This document shows positions 49,190-63,569 of a DNA stretch of 64,000 nt, in pieces. A model generated the notes under the pieces. The model searched no databases. It was not told the DNA's origin and saw nothing but the letters and a program-made list of their open reading frames with translations. Source of the DNA: Gracilinanus agilis (Eukaryota); the NCBI RefSeq assembly GCF_016433145.1, contig NC_058135.1, positions 196,989,182 through 197,053,181 of the forward strand. Reading direction: 5' to 3'. A program made the position numbers and the translations under genes. Positions within the stretch are counted from its first letter, which is position 1, and the number at the start of each line of letters is the position of its first letter.

Positions 49190-52162
49190 GAGAGCTTACA
49201 TTTTCTAATGGAAGAGACAACAAAGACACGTGGAATGGATGCAAAATGGTTGTGAGGTAGTTTTTGTTAAGAGACTGCTAGAAAGACAAATGCATTGTCT
49301 GATTTAAATAATAAATGTTTGTAAGTTGCCTTAGACACATGGAATTTAAATGACTATGCTAAATCACAAAGTTATTAAGTGTCAGAAATGTGATTTGAAT
49401 CTAGGTTTTGCTTATTCTAGATCTAGCACTTTATCAACTGTGATAAGCTACCTCTTAAAAAAAAGAGTGTAGACCCTTAAATAATCAGGTTAAAGGATAA
49501 AATGAATTTTTAAAGTGAGATTTTATAATAATGGAAGTTCTATAATCTAGAGATAGGTATAAAATAGACATAATAGAGATTTTATAAAGAATTATCTCTA
49601 CATAATAGAGATATAATAGAAATTTCATAACATCTCAATTTTATATTCATTTTGTTACAGTCACCCAAAGAAAGTATGTAAACCATGGCTATCAGTACAG
49701 GGTAATGGAAAGGTACATTATCCAGACATGATGAATCACTCTGGTTTTTTGATTTCTGGATCTTTTTTGATTTGATTTGATTTGATCTTTGGAGTTGAGG
49801 AGTTCTGAGCTCTGAAGTAGGGTTCAAGTTGACTGTGTCACAAGTAGTCCATCACCAAAATGATGAGCCCCCCCAGATGATGGGGGATGCCTCTAAGAGA
49901 GGAGAACTGACCCAGCTTCTGTACCAGTCATCAGTGGAAACAATCACTCAGTCAAGATTTTATTAAGCACCTACTATGTGTTCATCACCCCAATGAAAGG
50001 CTCTGCCCATCTAGTCTAGTTGATTTAAGGAAACTTATTCCCAAAGAAAGAAAGAAACAAACAAAAAATGGTGGGCGTAAGTGGACCATATAGCCTATTA
50101 GCAATTACTGAGAGCTTTGTAGCAGCACAATTAAGGACAGATAGGAAGAAGATGGGCTATTCATGAAGTGAGAGTGAAGAATCATACACAAATGGCTTTC
50201 CTGGCATACAAAAACTAATAAAAGACCCAGAGCGAGGCATCTAGTATATTAGGTGGAATTATGGAAACACATGGCCAAGGATCACTCTGGAAGAGAAGAA
50301 GAGGGTGTCAATCTGTACCAGGGCTGTGATAATAAATGTGTTTTTTGGGGGGGAGAGGGTAAAAGATAAAGCATTGTTATATATTTAAGCTATTTTTATT
50401 CTTATTACTTCAAGTGCTCCTTTTTTGGCTATTTCCATAAAGGCTCTATGACCTTAATAAAATTAGCTGTTTCACATTTTACAAAATATACATTTCTATT
50501 GCCTGCCAATTTTTATCTTATATAGACTTTATGAAAAGCAAATGTTTTTACTCACTTATATCTGACATGACATATTTGTCGTTGATGAGACATTTCTCTT
50601 TAAAGCACATTGAGAGCTTATATGAAATGTGTAGACAAAATATAATTTATCAGACATGTTAAAACTTATATCTTGGTGTCTTGACAATGAGCTTTGAGCC
50701 CTTTGCTAAACTTGGTCCAATTTAATTTTTCAATATTAGAATATGGTTTTAATATGGTTGGAAAACTGACTTTATTCAGGTACTTCTCTCCCACCTGTAT
50801 TCCCCAGTGACTATTTTTTCAGACTTCCTATAAATATCATATTCTCTCGGACTGATATTTACATATTTCTTATCATTCTTAACATTTGTTAGCAGCTTAA
50901 GGGCTGGAACTACCCCAATTATCTTTATATTCCCAAAGTCTAGCACAATGCCAAATATAAAATTGGTGTATAAAGATGTTTGTTAAAATGAATTAATTAA
51001 ACAAAAGAGAAACTTCACTGTATCTGAGCTTCTTTCTAGTCTTTGAGATATGAATACATATAGAGAACAAAACATTTGGGCAAGAATTTTCTTTGGGATT
51101 AATTGTAAAAGCATCTTTATAAAAGGCTTTTAACTTATAAATTAATAGCTCATAAAAGTCATTGACAGATGCAACCATAAAGATAAATCTGTTTAATTAT
51201 CTTCTAGTTATTGATAGTAAACAAGGCTTTAGAGATGTTTGTCCAAAACTTCAAGTGCTCACTGATGTCATGGAGGATACCAGTACTGAGTATAAATGGA
51301 GGAAACGTTTCCGAAGAAGTCATTGATTCAAATTCAAAGATGACATTGGACAAGTTACTTGGTTCTCTTTGGGTCTCAGTTTCTATATTTATAAAGTGAT
51401 AGTATTGGATTAGGTAACCTTGAAGATAATCTCTAAACATATGATCCTGTGATGATTTTGAGTACCAGAAAAGATCTCAAATATATCTAAGATCTGAAAG
51501 AGAGAGGCCCAGAAATCCAGCCTGAAAAATACCAATGAATTATGGAAACCTGTAGTTCCCTCATGCATTAAAATGAGTCTGGACCCAGACTTGAATATGA
51601 GTGTAAGCAGAATTGTATTTAGGTAATTACTGTAGATTATTCAAGAGAATCTCAACACAAAAATCATCCTGGTAATACCAACATCCTCAGAGTGATGTTA
51701 TAAAAGTACAAACTGGGATTTTTACGCATCGCTTTTGGTGAATAATAAAAGTGTCTATTTGCCTCAAAGACAATGGAGGGATAATTATTGCATTTTAATA
51801 GACTTTAGCTCATAATTAACCTATATTGGCATGGAAGAAATGTCCTGTAAAATATAACATGGAGGGAATATTTTGTCAGAAAAGGAGGTGTACCAATCAT
51901 GTAGGAGGAACATGATATAACAGACAATGAAAGTATTATCCTGCTGTCCAAAAAGCATCCATTAAAATAATGGTGTAGTATTTGGGCAAATATAATCTAG
52001 AAGAGGTATAAGAAGATGATGATCACAAGGTTAGCATAATTAGCTAGAGTATAGAATTAGAATTGATGGAAGAAATACTTGTAGTGATGGAAGTCAGAGA
52101 CTGAGGGAAGTAACTGTGAAGGATATTATAAAAAGAACATTATAGATCTTTAATGACTATCT

Positions 52163-52189
52163 GGTGTGTGTGTGTGCGTGTGTGTGTGT
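52163..52189. repeat. (TG)n microsatellite, interrupted
   Basis: ggtgtgtgtgtgtgcgtgtgtgtgtgt. Confidence 0.9.
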
Positions 52190-55100
52190 AATAAGCTAAA
52201 GCAATTTACATTGCTCTTTCCCTAGGGCTGTCCATATACAAAATTTTATTTTTCCATCTATAAATACTTAAAATATTTTAATTTTCCCATATGAATAATA
52301 TTTCAAATTTCCCATCTATAAGACAAAAATCCCCATATACGTCTGCAGAAAAAAATCTAATGTAGATGACCTTAACTAGGACACATTAATGGAAACATTG
52401 CAAATATCTATAAATACATGGAACATCCACTCAGTATTCATTATAACTGTAAATGTATAAGACATCTTTTTATGTATGAGAAGTCTAGATACTTACAATA
52501 TGGGTAAAATGATTTTAGACTAACTCTGCACAAAGTAAACAAATGAGGAATTTCATATTCAACACTCCCCCCCATCAATAACTTTCCTCTCATAAATATC
52601 CTTTATTTGGAATAAAGGAATAGGGCGGTGAGACAGTTGCCATGGTAAAATTGCATTTTCAATAAGTCAGGTGAACTTGCTATGTAAGAGTCAAAACTAA
52701 ATGTCACATCTGATTTTTCCAGTTCCTCTGTTACTTGTCTTTATTTCTGGGAAGTATTTTTCCCCCGAGTTGATCACCTCTTTTAGAAACACCTGGTTAA
52801 GAGGGATGACATTTGTAGGCATTCTGGCCCCTACCTAAATTTTCTCTCATCTCTGACTAAATTATTGAAGCGAAATGTGAAATTATCTAAGGTTACCATA
52901 GATTTAGAAGGATACTGAAATGAACTTCAGAAACATCTCTCATCTCACTTTCCTTCAGGTAGCTTGTGTTCCAGCCAAAACATAGTATACTAAACTAAAT
53001 TCCTCTTTCTCATATACCCCTCTTTCCTATTTGTGGATTTATCCATCCCATCTTCCTTACCTAGAAGAGACAGGACCATTCCTTCAAGACCCAACTCAGG
53101 TGTTGACTCCTATCTTCACCTTACCTTGACTTCAGTTTAAAGTGACAATTCCTACTCCCATAACCACTTTGTCTCAATTTCTCCTTTGTACTTATTTCTC
53201 TCTCGTATCCATAGTTATACATGCATGTGTCCCTTTCCCCATTAGATTATATGTTCCTTGAAGGCAGGGACAGTTTCCATTATGTTTTTGCAAGTCCTTT
53301 TTGTCCTGCTCACATCCTTAAGGTACATCTCTGTTGCCCTTTGGATAATACTAAATATATCAGTACTTCAAAATTTGTGGTGGTTTATGATAAAAGCTAT
53401 TATTGGAAAACTATCATTAAAAGTGCTTTGCCATTAGCCAGAAGCAATCCAATCTGCTAGTAGGTCTCACTCCAGCTCATTTTCCATTTGCAATTTCTAT
53501 CCAACAGACAGGGTGAGTTCTACAATTTGTCCATTCAACATAGTGTAGGCACACATAATGGATATTACAAGACAAGCATTTAAGGAACATATGTATATAA
53601 AAAAGAAAATGTGCTGGTCATGTGGTGAGTGAAAGGGATGATCAAGAAAAAACTACCTGTTGCATTGGGGCACCCACCATACTGGGGGACACCATTATGC
53701 AAAACTTCTTTTAGAACCTGGAAGAAAGTCATAGAGGAAAGATGAACATGTATAAGTTGTTATCATCTTCATTTGTAGGAAGACTTGCATCAATAGATTT
53801 CAGATTCAATCATGGACCTAACTTGCATAGAATAGGAAGCTAATAAATGTTTGTTGAACTATACAGATATTAAATTTCTTTTTTTTGCATGTATAAAATA
53901 AATGTCACATTACTTTTGGTTTGTTAGCTATGGAATAACTATTAAACTCTCTTAAAGGGCAAACCTTGCCTTGTGGCATATCTAAAATATACCAAGAAAT
54001 AATTCTACTTCACCCCCTTTTTTTCCTCTTGTTTTAATAATGTGAATGCTCATCAAAAATAAAATGAAAATTTCCCATGACACATACATAGTATACTCAT
54101 TTGGTTGTTATTATAATAGTGCTTGAGTGATAGCTGTGTAATATAAATAATCATATTTATACCCTCTTCTTTGTCTAATTCAACTCATCAAAAAATTGTT
54201 AAGTGATTACAAAGCTTTAAAATACTGACCTCTAAGTGTCTGGGAATACAATTGAAAACAGAAACTTTTCACATTTTTAACAATCTCTGATATCCTGGTC
54301 TTTAACAGATGAAGAAAAAAAAAAGTTCAGTTCTATCTAGCATTATGTTTATCTTTTTAAAATACAATGGTATTTTCTTTTCCCAATTACATATAAAAAC
54401 AATTTTTAACATGCCTTCCAAAATTATAAGATCCAAATTGTCTCCCTTACTTCTTTCCCTACTCCATGTGGGAAAGCTATTTGATCTGGATTATGCTTGC
54501 ATTATCATGTAAATGTTTATATTTTATGTGGCCTGAAATCTATAAAGAAAGTGGTAGAAAATAAAATCTAAATAATTTAAAAGATTAATTATAATTCTCT
54601 AGATTGTTATACATATCAGTGTGTTTTTAAGCTTTTGAAACTTAGAATTGGACTGAGTCTTTGGGAACATGCTATATATATAGCATGAGATATGTTTGTA
54701 TATGTTGAAATAGAGAGCAAGCAAAAATGAATGTCAATCACTGTTATCCTTTCTCTTTTCCTTTGGTCTGAATCACTATTCCCTTAGATATGATTCCTTA
54801 GCCATTTCTCTGGACATTTACTGATGCTGATCTATTTGTCTAATGAAACCTCATAAAATATCCTCTTTACCCTTGAAAACAAATTTAAATGAATAAATAA
54901 TTATTTCTTTGATTCCCAAGACCCTAGACTTAGATCTCACATTGGCAAAATATAAGTGTAAAATCCGTCCTTTCCTCCAGGCTTCTCCCAATTACCCTTC
55001 CCAGTGCTACATTTGAATAAAAATATGTGGTCTAGCAGTAATTTAACAAAGCTTAAGAGACAAAGTAAATATTTAAATATAAAATGGGAAAGTAAACTTT

Positions 55101-58100
55101 TAAGAAACAAATATTAGTCTCTTATGGCTGGAATAGAAACGTAAGATTTTTTGGTATTTTGGAAGGAAGAAGGAAAATGGACAATCATTGTTTATGAATG
55201 GCAGTCCAATGAGTTTCAGCAATGCAGGTTCTTCTAGACCAGCATCATGCATAGTCGATGTTCAATTTACACTGTCTTGGGTTGAGAATCCAGTGCTGGT
55301 GACCCCATGAAGGTAGTTTCTCTGCTGCTTCTCTTTCCTACTAGCTCTCTTAATTTTTTAAAAATTTTCCTCCATCATAACATGAAAAAGAGCTGAGTGA
55401 TGATTTTGACTTAGCTAGTCTATCAATTCAAAGTTTGACACACTTTCCCAGGAGTCATGGAAGATGCTGAGAGAGCCTTTCTGAAAATAGTAGGCATCTA
55501 GCTCTAGTATCCTGATCTAGGGTGACATTAGAAGAAGGCATGGGGAAATGCTGTGCATATAACTCTAAGTGATTGAAATTTCATGAGTTCCACAGAATAT
55601 CAAAACTGGGGGCAACTTTAGAGAATTTCTTTCTTTTTAATTTTAAAGATGAAGAAACAGGTAGAGTAAATGGAAATAATTTAAGCAAATATGCTCAGAC
55701 TCTACGTCCAATTTTTGACTCCAAATCACACAATAAGATATTTTTGCCAAAAATAACTAATCGTGTGATCCTCGATATAAAGTATATGCTATGATTTGAT
55801 TAACTATGGAAACTAATCCTACAGACATTCATTGCCACCTTCCTAGAGTCAATAACCAAGACTGTCTTTAGAGTTCAAGTTCAAAAGCAGAGCAAAAGTG
55901 ATGTGTGAGCTGGAGTAGAGAAAATTGGAAATCACAGATCCCATGCCTTACTCAACGAGCTTGAAAAAAACATATACCATGCTGTGACAAATGCTGGAAT
56001 TTGTTAGGACATTATGTTGAAAAGGAGAGGCAGCATAACCTAATGGAAGAAGCACTGGACTGAAGTCGGAATGCCTAGGTTTTCTCTTTTTCTAACGTTA
56101 CTGCAAATTGTCTGTGACACTTTCAGCCAATTTCTTTACCCCTCTATGCCTCATTTTATCTTCTATAAAATGAATGAGTTAAAAATATTTTTCTATTGTT
56201 AAGAATCAAATCATAGCTAGAACTCTTACCACTCTAAATCCTATGACCCTAAACAATTAGAATAATTACATGTTTTGTAACTAAATCAGTTTCTAAAAAT
56301 CATGTTGCAAACTTGTTGAAAAATAACTGCTACACTGTAGGTACTTCTCACTGTATGTAAAAAGAAAATGATATAGTCATAAACTGTTTGGCAGAGTTAA
56401 CCAAGTAATAGGAACAGTAAGCAAGTCTGAAAGGAGAACAAGAACATTTACTAGATTGTCACAGGGGAAATATATAGTCATTTCTGAATTATTCATGGAT
56501 GGATTATACAAATTCTGATACCCCAAGGGATTCTTGCTTTCAGATTTGTTGGTTGGCAGCCCTTCATCTCTTTCTTTTCTTGACCTCTTCCTATGTTGAT
56601 TTTGTGTCTGACCCAGATTCTGTCAAAGAAGGCTGATAAGACACAGATATGGCCTAGTTATTGCTTCTGAGTAGATATGAAGTGGGCTAGCCTGGCTTAG
56701 GTTGGTGCTTTTTGTGAATTTGAGATGAACCGACTTTCCCCATAGGCACATAGTTTTTGGAGAGCAGGTTAGCAAATCTGGACAGATTTCTAGCTGATTC
56801 CAGACCTGGTGCTGAGAACTTGTCATCTTATGAGTTGTGAGTCATAGGGAAAAAAAATAGCTAAGGGGGTGTATTGTGGTGAGAACAGGGGGTGGGAGGG
56901 GAGGATAGTGTCACTCAAGGATAGGCTGAAACTTTACTCCAATTTTGCTGCAAATACCTGGATTTTAAGCAACAAGAATTGAATTGAACTGTTACAAACA
57001 GTGTCTGGTTCTGTTTCTTTTTTGATACTCACAAATGTCCTTGAACATTTTAGGAGGTGAGAGAAATCTAGGACCTCAAAGTACACTGTTTGTTTGTGGA
57101 ATTTTTTGTTTGAATTTGTCCTCATTAAAAACCAGGAGGTAAGAAAGTTCTTTCCTTGAACTGCATATTTGAAATGTCCCAAAGGGTTTGGCAGTTCTGC
57201 TCAGCTATTGGTGATAAACAGTATTGTACTCATTTAAGACCAGTTCTTCCCCCTCTCTCACAAATAAAACAATAAAAACATTCTCTCCCCCTCTACTTGG
57301 TCCCCCCTTTCTGATGACCTGCTGCCTTACAGTCACGGTTTTTTATATTGCTTTTTTTCCCTGGAACCTCACTGTTGATCATGGTATTTACTTTGTTTTA
57401 TGGTCTGTGTAGACAATATAATTGTGTAATATATTTCTCTTTAAACTGGTTGAGCTTGGGTGCCAGGTGGAAGCCCTGATGAATTGAATTTATTCATAAT
57501 GCCAAGGGTAGTGAACTGCTGCTTTGTTTTGCTTATTTGAGATTTCATTTCCAAAGTAAGTTGGGAACTCGATTGTTTGCCTGGGTTCGTGATTATGAAA
57601 ATATGTGCTTGTGAGCAAGATGGAGTTTTCCTTACTGGTACCCATCTCAACCTAGTACTAATTGTCTTTATTTAGGAAACTAGTTTTAAATGCTAATGAT
57701 GAGAAAGATCATTATGCACAACTCTCCCTCCTTACCTACTGAGTCATTTAGAATAGAAGTGGGAAAACCAAATGGTTTCACTGTGATTCCTTATTTGCTA
57801 GAGATTTCAAACACAGTGGCAGAAATTAAATGTTATGAGTGATTGATGAAGCAGGCTCCAAGTGTTTATTTGTCCTTAATTCCATTGTCCATCAAACATG
57901 TACTGAGGGCTTTTGGTGTTAGAGAGGGTAGGCTAGGCACTGTGAGGGGTGTACAAAACAAAACCCTTGATCAGAATCAAAAGTTCAATTTTTTTTGCGG
58001 CAGGAATATCTGCTATCTATCATTTAAAAGTCCTTTAATTATTCACTAGCTCTTTTGATCCTCATAGCAGTCTTCTGAGGTAAACAGCACAAGCATCATC

Positions 58101-58789
58101 CCCATGTCAGGATCACAGGTTCATAGATTTAGAAACAGAATGAACTTTAGAAGCCAAATTCCTCCTACCCCTTTATTTTAAAGATGAAGAAAACTTAAGG
58201 TTCAGAATGGGTGATTTGACTTGCCCATTAACCTTAGTGAATATGTCTTCAAGTTCTACATTAATTCCCTGGAACCATGGCAGGAAGAATTGGTGGAGGT
58301 CTTGAATGGACTTTAAACCCAGATCTCTGTCAATTAAGACTAAATACTAATTATCTACATAATTCAATTAAAAGGCCTTTTAAGAGGGTACCTACTATGC
58401 TCAAAGAATAAGACAGTCCCTCATTTGTGCACTATTGGTGGAAATATAAAGTTTGCATAAGTCAATATCTACAATCAAATGACATATAAATTTGGGAATA
58501 TATCATAGCCATAAATAAAATTAAAATAATTTTCTCAATGTATTAAAGAGGGACAAAGTATAACTTTCTGTAAGTTTTGAGCCTCAAGTTATTATTAACT
58601 ATACTAGGACAAAGTATCATGAAAAAGATGATATTGGATTTGAGCTCTGAAAGATGAATAAAGACATTCCAGTCCTAGAAAATAGAAAGCAAAGATACTG
58701 CTTGGGATAATCACAGGATATGTTTTATGGAAAGACTATATAAAGAAATGCAAAATGAAGTGAGCGGAAGCAGAAGAACATTATATTCA

Positions 58790-59590
58790 GTAACAGCAAT
58801 AATGTAAGATGATCAACTATGAATGAAAACTATTTTCAGCAATGGAAGAATCCAAGAAAATTCCAAGGGATTTATGATGAAAAAGGGTACCTATTGTCAT
58901 AGAAAGAACTAATGGAGTCTGAATTAGATTGAAGTATACCATTTTCCACCTTATTTCAATTTTTTTCTTCATGATTTTTTTTAGGTATAAGCAACATATG
59001 TAAAGACACAACTTGACCAACATGGAAATATATATTGCATGGTAGCACATGTCCTATCTATATCATATTACCTGCCTTCTAAAGGAGGGAGTAATGAGGA
59101 AGGAAACAACATGAACTGAAAAATGTCAGAAAATGATTATTAAAATTGTATCTACATTTTAAAAATCTATGGTATATGAATGTGGGGAAATACTATTATG
59201 CTTTAAGAAATGGTGTAGGGAATGACTTCAGAACAAACCTGGGAAGACTTGTATAAACTGATGAAGAGTGAAGTGGGGAGTATCAGGAGAGCAATTTATG
59301 CAATAGGAACAATATTCTAAATATATATTTTGAAAACTTGGAAAAACTCTAATGGACACAATAACTAAGCACAATTCCAAGGTACACCTGATGAAACATT
59401 CTATCCAGAAAGAAAGTGATTCAGGAAACATTTTGTGGAATTTATTTTTTAATGGATGTAGCTAATACAAGAAATCTTTTTGCTTGACTCTGAATGTTTA
59501 TAATCAGTTATGTTTTTCTTACTTTCTCAGTGAATGTGAGAGGAGGGGGGACAGAGTATTTGGAACTGAAAATAAAATAAAATTGAATTT
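58790..59590 (+). mobile_element. Two adjacent old marsupial L1 3' fragments
   Basis: ORF2-end motif gggaagacttgtataaactgatgaagagtgaagtg (reverse complement of the motif in the 16.3-kb L1), L1 3'UTR-like sequence and A-rich ends. Confidence 0.65.
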
Positions 59591-59999
59591 CTTAAAAGGA
59601 GCATTAATGGATCAATGCAAGTTAACAAACATTTATTTTTTTAAATTATTTGTTTGTTGCACATAGATACTAGTTAATTTCCTCTATCCTCCCTAGTAGA
59701 GAAGACATAATTTGATTAAAAGGCATATGTATATAGAAAGCTGTATTATTTTTCTTTATTTGTTCTTTCTCTGGATGTAGACCTACACAAGTCATTCTTC
59801 AAATAATATTTCTATTGCTATATTTAATGTTCTCTTGGTTCTGCTTGTTTAATTCTCCATAGTTATATGCATGTCTTCCCTTGTTTTTTTGCAAATTTTC
59901 CAAAATTAGCCTTTTCATTTAATTTAATTTCATCACAATCATATGCTACAATTTATTTAGTGATTAAATTAAATTAATAAATAAGAATTTATTAAATGC

Positions 60000-60625
60000 A
60001 TTATCTGAGCCAAGCAGTGTGTAAAGTACCAAGGCTACTAGGAAAGACAAAAAAATAGTCTTGGCTATTAGTAAGATCATAGTGTAATGGGGGAGACAAC
60101 ATATGTATGTGAGAAAAGATATAAATGGCATGAATTGGAGACAATTTCACAAGAAAGACACTAAGGTTAAGAAGGACCAGGAAAGGCTTTTTTGAAGGTA
60201 GAACTTTAGGTGACACTTGAAAGAAGCCAGATAAGTAAAGAGACAAAAACGAGAAATTACTTGCTACTACTTGTAGTAGTGTCATAGTGGAGAAGGGTGG
60301 CATGTGTGAAAAAAATAGAAAGAAAATAGGGAAGAAGAAATGGCAGAACTTGGAAACTAATTAAATATGAGAGGTGCAAGGGAAATCATGATCAAAGATA
60401 ATACCTAGGTTGTAGAATTAGGTGACTGAGCTTATGTTGGCACCTTCAACATTAATAGGGAAATTAGGAAGAAGGGTGATTTGGAGGTTAAAGGAAAATG
60501 AATTCAGTTTTAAAATGCCAAGTTTAAGATTTCTACAGCACCTCCAGTTCAAGATATCTAACAGATAATTGAAATGCTGAGGCTGGAGGTCAGAAGAGAA
60601 ATTAAGGCTGCACAAATCACAATAG
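60000..60625 (-). mobile_element. L2 LINE 3' fragment
   Basis: Purine-rich antisense L2 pattern (atttattaaatgcatta...gtgtaatgggggagacaac...aatgaattcagttttaaaatg...ggctggaggtcagaagagaaattaaggctg). Confidence 0.6.
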
Positions 60626-60835
60626 GAGAATCAAACTTAAATTATCAATAAAATTCACTATGCTGATAGAATTCAGTTATTGTTTTAAGCTTTATTATAT
60701 CCAACTCCATTTTTGAACTCTGGAGGTATTTGTTATGCCTATTTTTCAAATTAACTTAATAAGGTATGTAGTTCAATTCATTTATCAAGCATTCTTGTGA
60801 ATAGTGTTAACAATATACTCATAGAAACACAGAAG

Positions 60836-61078
60836 ACAAACAACTGCTTGATCACATGAGTCAATGGGGATATGATTGAGGATGTAGACTCTAAGTGGTC
60901 ACTCTAGTGCAAATATTAATAATATGGAAATAGATCTTGATCAATGACACACATAAAACCCAGTGGAATCCTCCTTGGCTATGGGAGGAGAGTGGGAGGA
61001 GGGGAGGGAAAGAACATGAATCATGTAACCATGTAAAATTATTCTAAATTAATTAAAATTTTTCAAATAAATAAAAAG
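60836..61078 (+). mobile_element. Opossum-type L1 3'UTR fragment with A-rich tail
   Basis: aactgcttgatcacatg...gtagactctaag...aaaacccagtggaa...gggaaagaacatgaatcatgtaaccatg...aataaataaaa; the sense version of 15944-16180. Confidence 0.8.
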
Positions 61079-61249
61079 TATCTAATCTCTTAAATCTAGT
61101 AGGTTAAGACATCTAATTCTGTTGAATGAAAAGACATCTTTATTCATAAAACATTCAGATAGCTTTTATTATTTTTAAAATACTTTTCCCTTATCAAAGG
61201 GGAATTACTTCAGTATTCTAAAATTTTAAATATCATGAGCATTGTACAT

Positions 61250-61390
61250 TTAAAAATGATACATGTAAAGTCCAGTGGAATTGTGTGTCGGCTAAAGGGG
61301 GTTAGGAGGGCTTTGGGGAGAGGGAAAGAACATGAAAATGTAACTATGGGGAAAATATTCAAAATAAACAATAAAGAAATAATAACAGCA
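61250..61390 (+). mobile_element. Short L1 3' tail
   Basis: gatacatgtaaagtccagtggaattg...gagggaaagaacatgaaaatgtaactatgg followed by an A-rich end. Confidence 0.65.
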
Positions 61391-61479
61391 AAACACTTAA
61401 AATATCTGTTTTTGTACTTCTGAAAGGATACGGTGAAATCTTTATGGAATAATTCTTTGGCTTTATAATGATGTGTTGA

Positions 61480-61710
61480 TAAAGCTAGAATGTGCAGTGA
61501 ATTGGTCACCAGGCTTAGAGTTTGGAAACCTTGTCTCAAATCCAGCCTCAGTTACTAGCTATGTCACTTAATCCCGTTGCCTTAGTTTTCTTATTTGTAA
61601 AATGAGCTGGAGAAGGAAATAGCAAATCACACCAGTATCTTTGCCAAGAAAACCCAAAATAGGGTTATAAAGTCAGAAATAGTTGAAACAATGTAATAAC
61701 AACAAAACAA
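61480..61710 (+). mobile_element. MAR1-like SINE
   Basis: ctcaaatccagcctcag...tgtaaaatgagctggagaaggaaatagcaaatcacaccagtatctttgccaagaaaaccc...acaacaaaac. Confidence 0.7.
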
Positions 61711-63569
61711 GTTGGTAAATAGATCAAGAACTCTGCGGGCATGTATGATAATGATTTTGAACTAACAATTGTAAAGAATGTTTCCTTTAGCTAGACAGTT
61801 TCAGTCTAGGATCACAATTCGGGTTATTTGTAATGAAGATGAAATTTTGAAATCATTTTGAGATCAGTTTTTAAGATATGTTTAATATATTGGACTTTAA
61901 TAATTTTTAAACTTTGGCTATCATTCTATAAGTTCTAGATATTGCATTTTTGCTCAATTGATCCTAATTTAAAATCATTATCTTCATTGCTACTGTAGTC
62001 TCCTTTAAAACTGTCAGGTCAATTCTTGTCAAGCACATTCCTCCTCAAAGTCTTTTCTTCAATTCTACCTTGTATATATAGTCAATGCTTTAGGAAATGT
62101 ATGTGTGTGTTTGTGGAGTAGAAAGCACATCCTATGTATCATGAGAAAGCTTGGACTCAAAAAAGAGATATGCAAAAATGTTATCTCCCTCCTTTCTCTT
62201 CAGAAGTATAGGATAATGGATAGGAAATACTATATAATGTGTAGGATAATACAGTTTACGTGTCTATTAATTTTGCTATCACCCCATTGATCTATTTTTA
62301 TTCTTTGTTATAAGGGTTGTCTCTCTGAGAGGATGTGGGGAGGCATACTTTGGGGGAAATAAAGGTGAAGTAAAAATGAAAAATTAAATTGATAAAGAAG
62401 TGTTTGTTGAATTGAATTTGTTTATTTTCACTCAGATAGGCAGAGTCTACATCATGCTGATCACTGAAGAAAAAGACAGCTGCTTCATTTTTCTGTTTAC
62501 ATTCAAAGCTCTCACAGCATTTTGAATGCGAGAATTTGTTCCTAGAGAAATAGGGGGGAAAGGGTAGAGTATTACCATAATTGATATATCATCCAGAAAT
62601 AAATTTCCTCTTCAAAGAAATTCTTTGTCATTTAAATGAAAAAATAACATAAATGATAGAAAGTAACTTTACTTATTTATTTTCATCAGTACCTGTGATT
62701 TCAAAGGTATAGGGAATTCTTAGTGAGTAGTCAACCCCCTATCAAAGTTGTCCAGCATCTACTATGCAACTTACTGACTTAAGGTGTCGTCTGGGTGGTT
62801 TAGGGACTTACCCAAGGTCATGAGACCTGAAGCAATGTTCTTCATGACATCAAGTCCAGCCCTCTAGCCACTACCCTCTGCATTTATCTTTTTTAAAAGT
62901 CATTTGTGACAAGGAAAACCAAAACCAAAAACTTCAGTTTAAGATGAACAGAGTTGACCTTAGGGACACATATGCTATTATAAGGCTTGGAGTTACACCA
63001 TGTAATTAAATAGGGTTACTTAGCATAGAGAAGGGGATTCTTCCTTCATCAGATACCTCAGAGATTATCATGTAGAAAAAAAAAGAAGAAACAAATTCCT
63101 TGTTTCTTCAAAGCATCATGGGTAGAATTTACAATGCTAAAAAATTTCTGCTGAATACAATGAAAACTTCCTAGTTAGTAAAGATGTCTAAAAAATTAAG
63201 ACTATTTCACAAACTAATTAAATCACTATCATATATGATGGCTAACATTTATATTACTCTGAAAATTGTTGAGCTCTTTACATATATATTTCTCTCAATA
63301 ACTATATGAGCCGATTGTTATCCTCCTTTGACTGATTCAGTGCCATCTTAGATTCTTTCCCTTCTCTGTCTGAATATGGACCACTTTCTTTCACCTACTC
63401 ATGCCAACCTTACTCAACCCATCATTATTGTGACCTAAGATGTTTATTTAATGAGGCTATCATATTTAATTCCATTTATTGCTATTAAAATTTTCAAACA
63501 AGCCTTCTGCAGCTCCAGAATTTATCCAGATACTGTGTGTGTAAGTTATGTTGCTAGCAACAAGATTTC

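Noticed and set aside
49860-49910. C-box (ATGATGA) and D-box (CTGA) suggesting a C/D snoRNA
   Set aside because: Only ~51 nt between the boxes, no terminal stem, and adjacent to L2-derived sequence.
50560-50655. Imperfect inverted repeat (tctga...atatttgtc / gacaaaatat...tcaga)
   Set aside because: Only short AT-rich helices with large asymmetric gaps; expected by chance at this composition.
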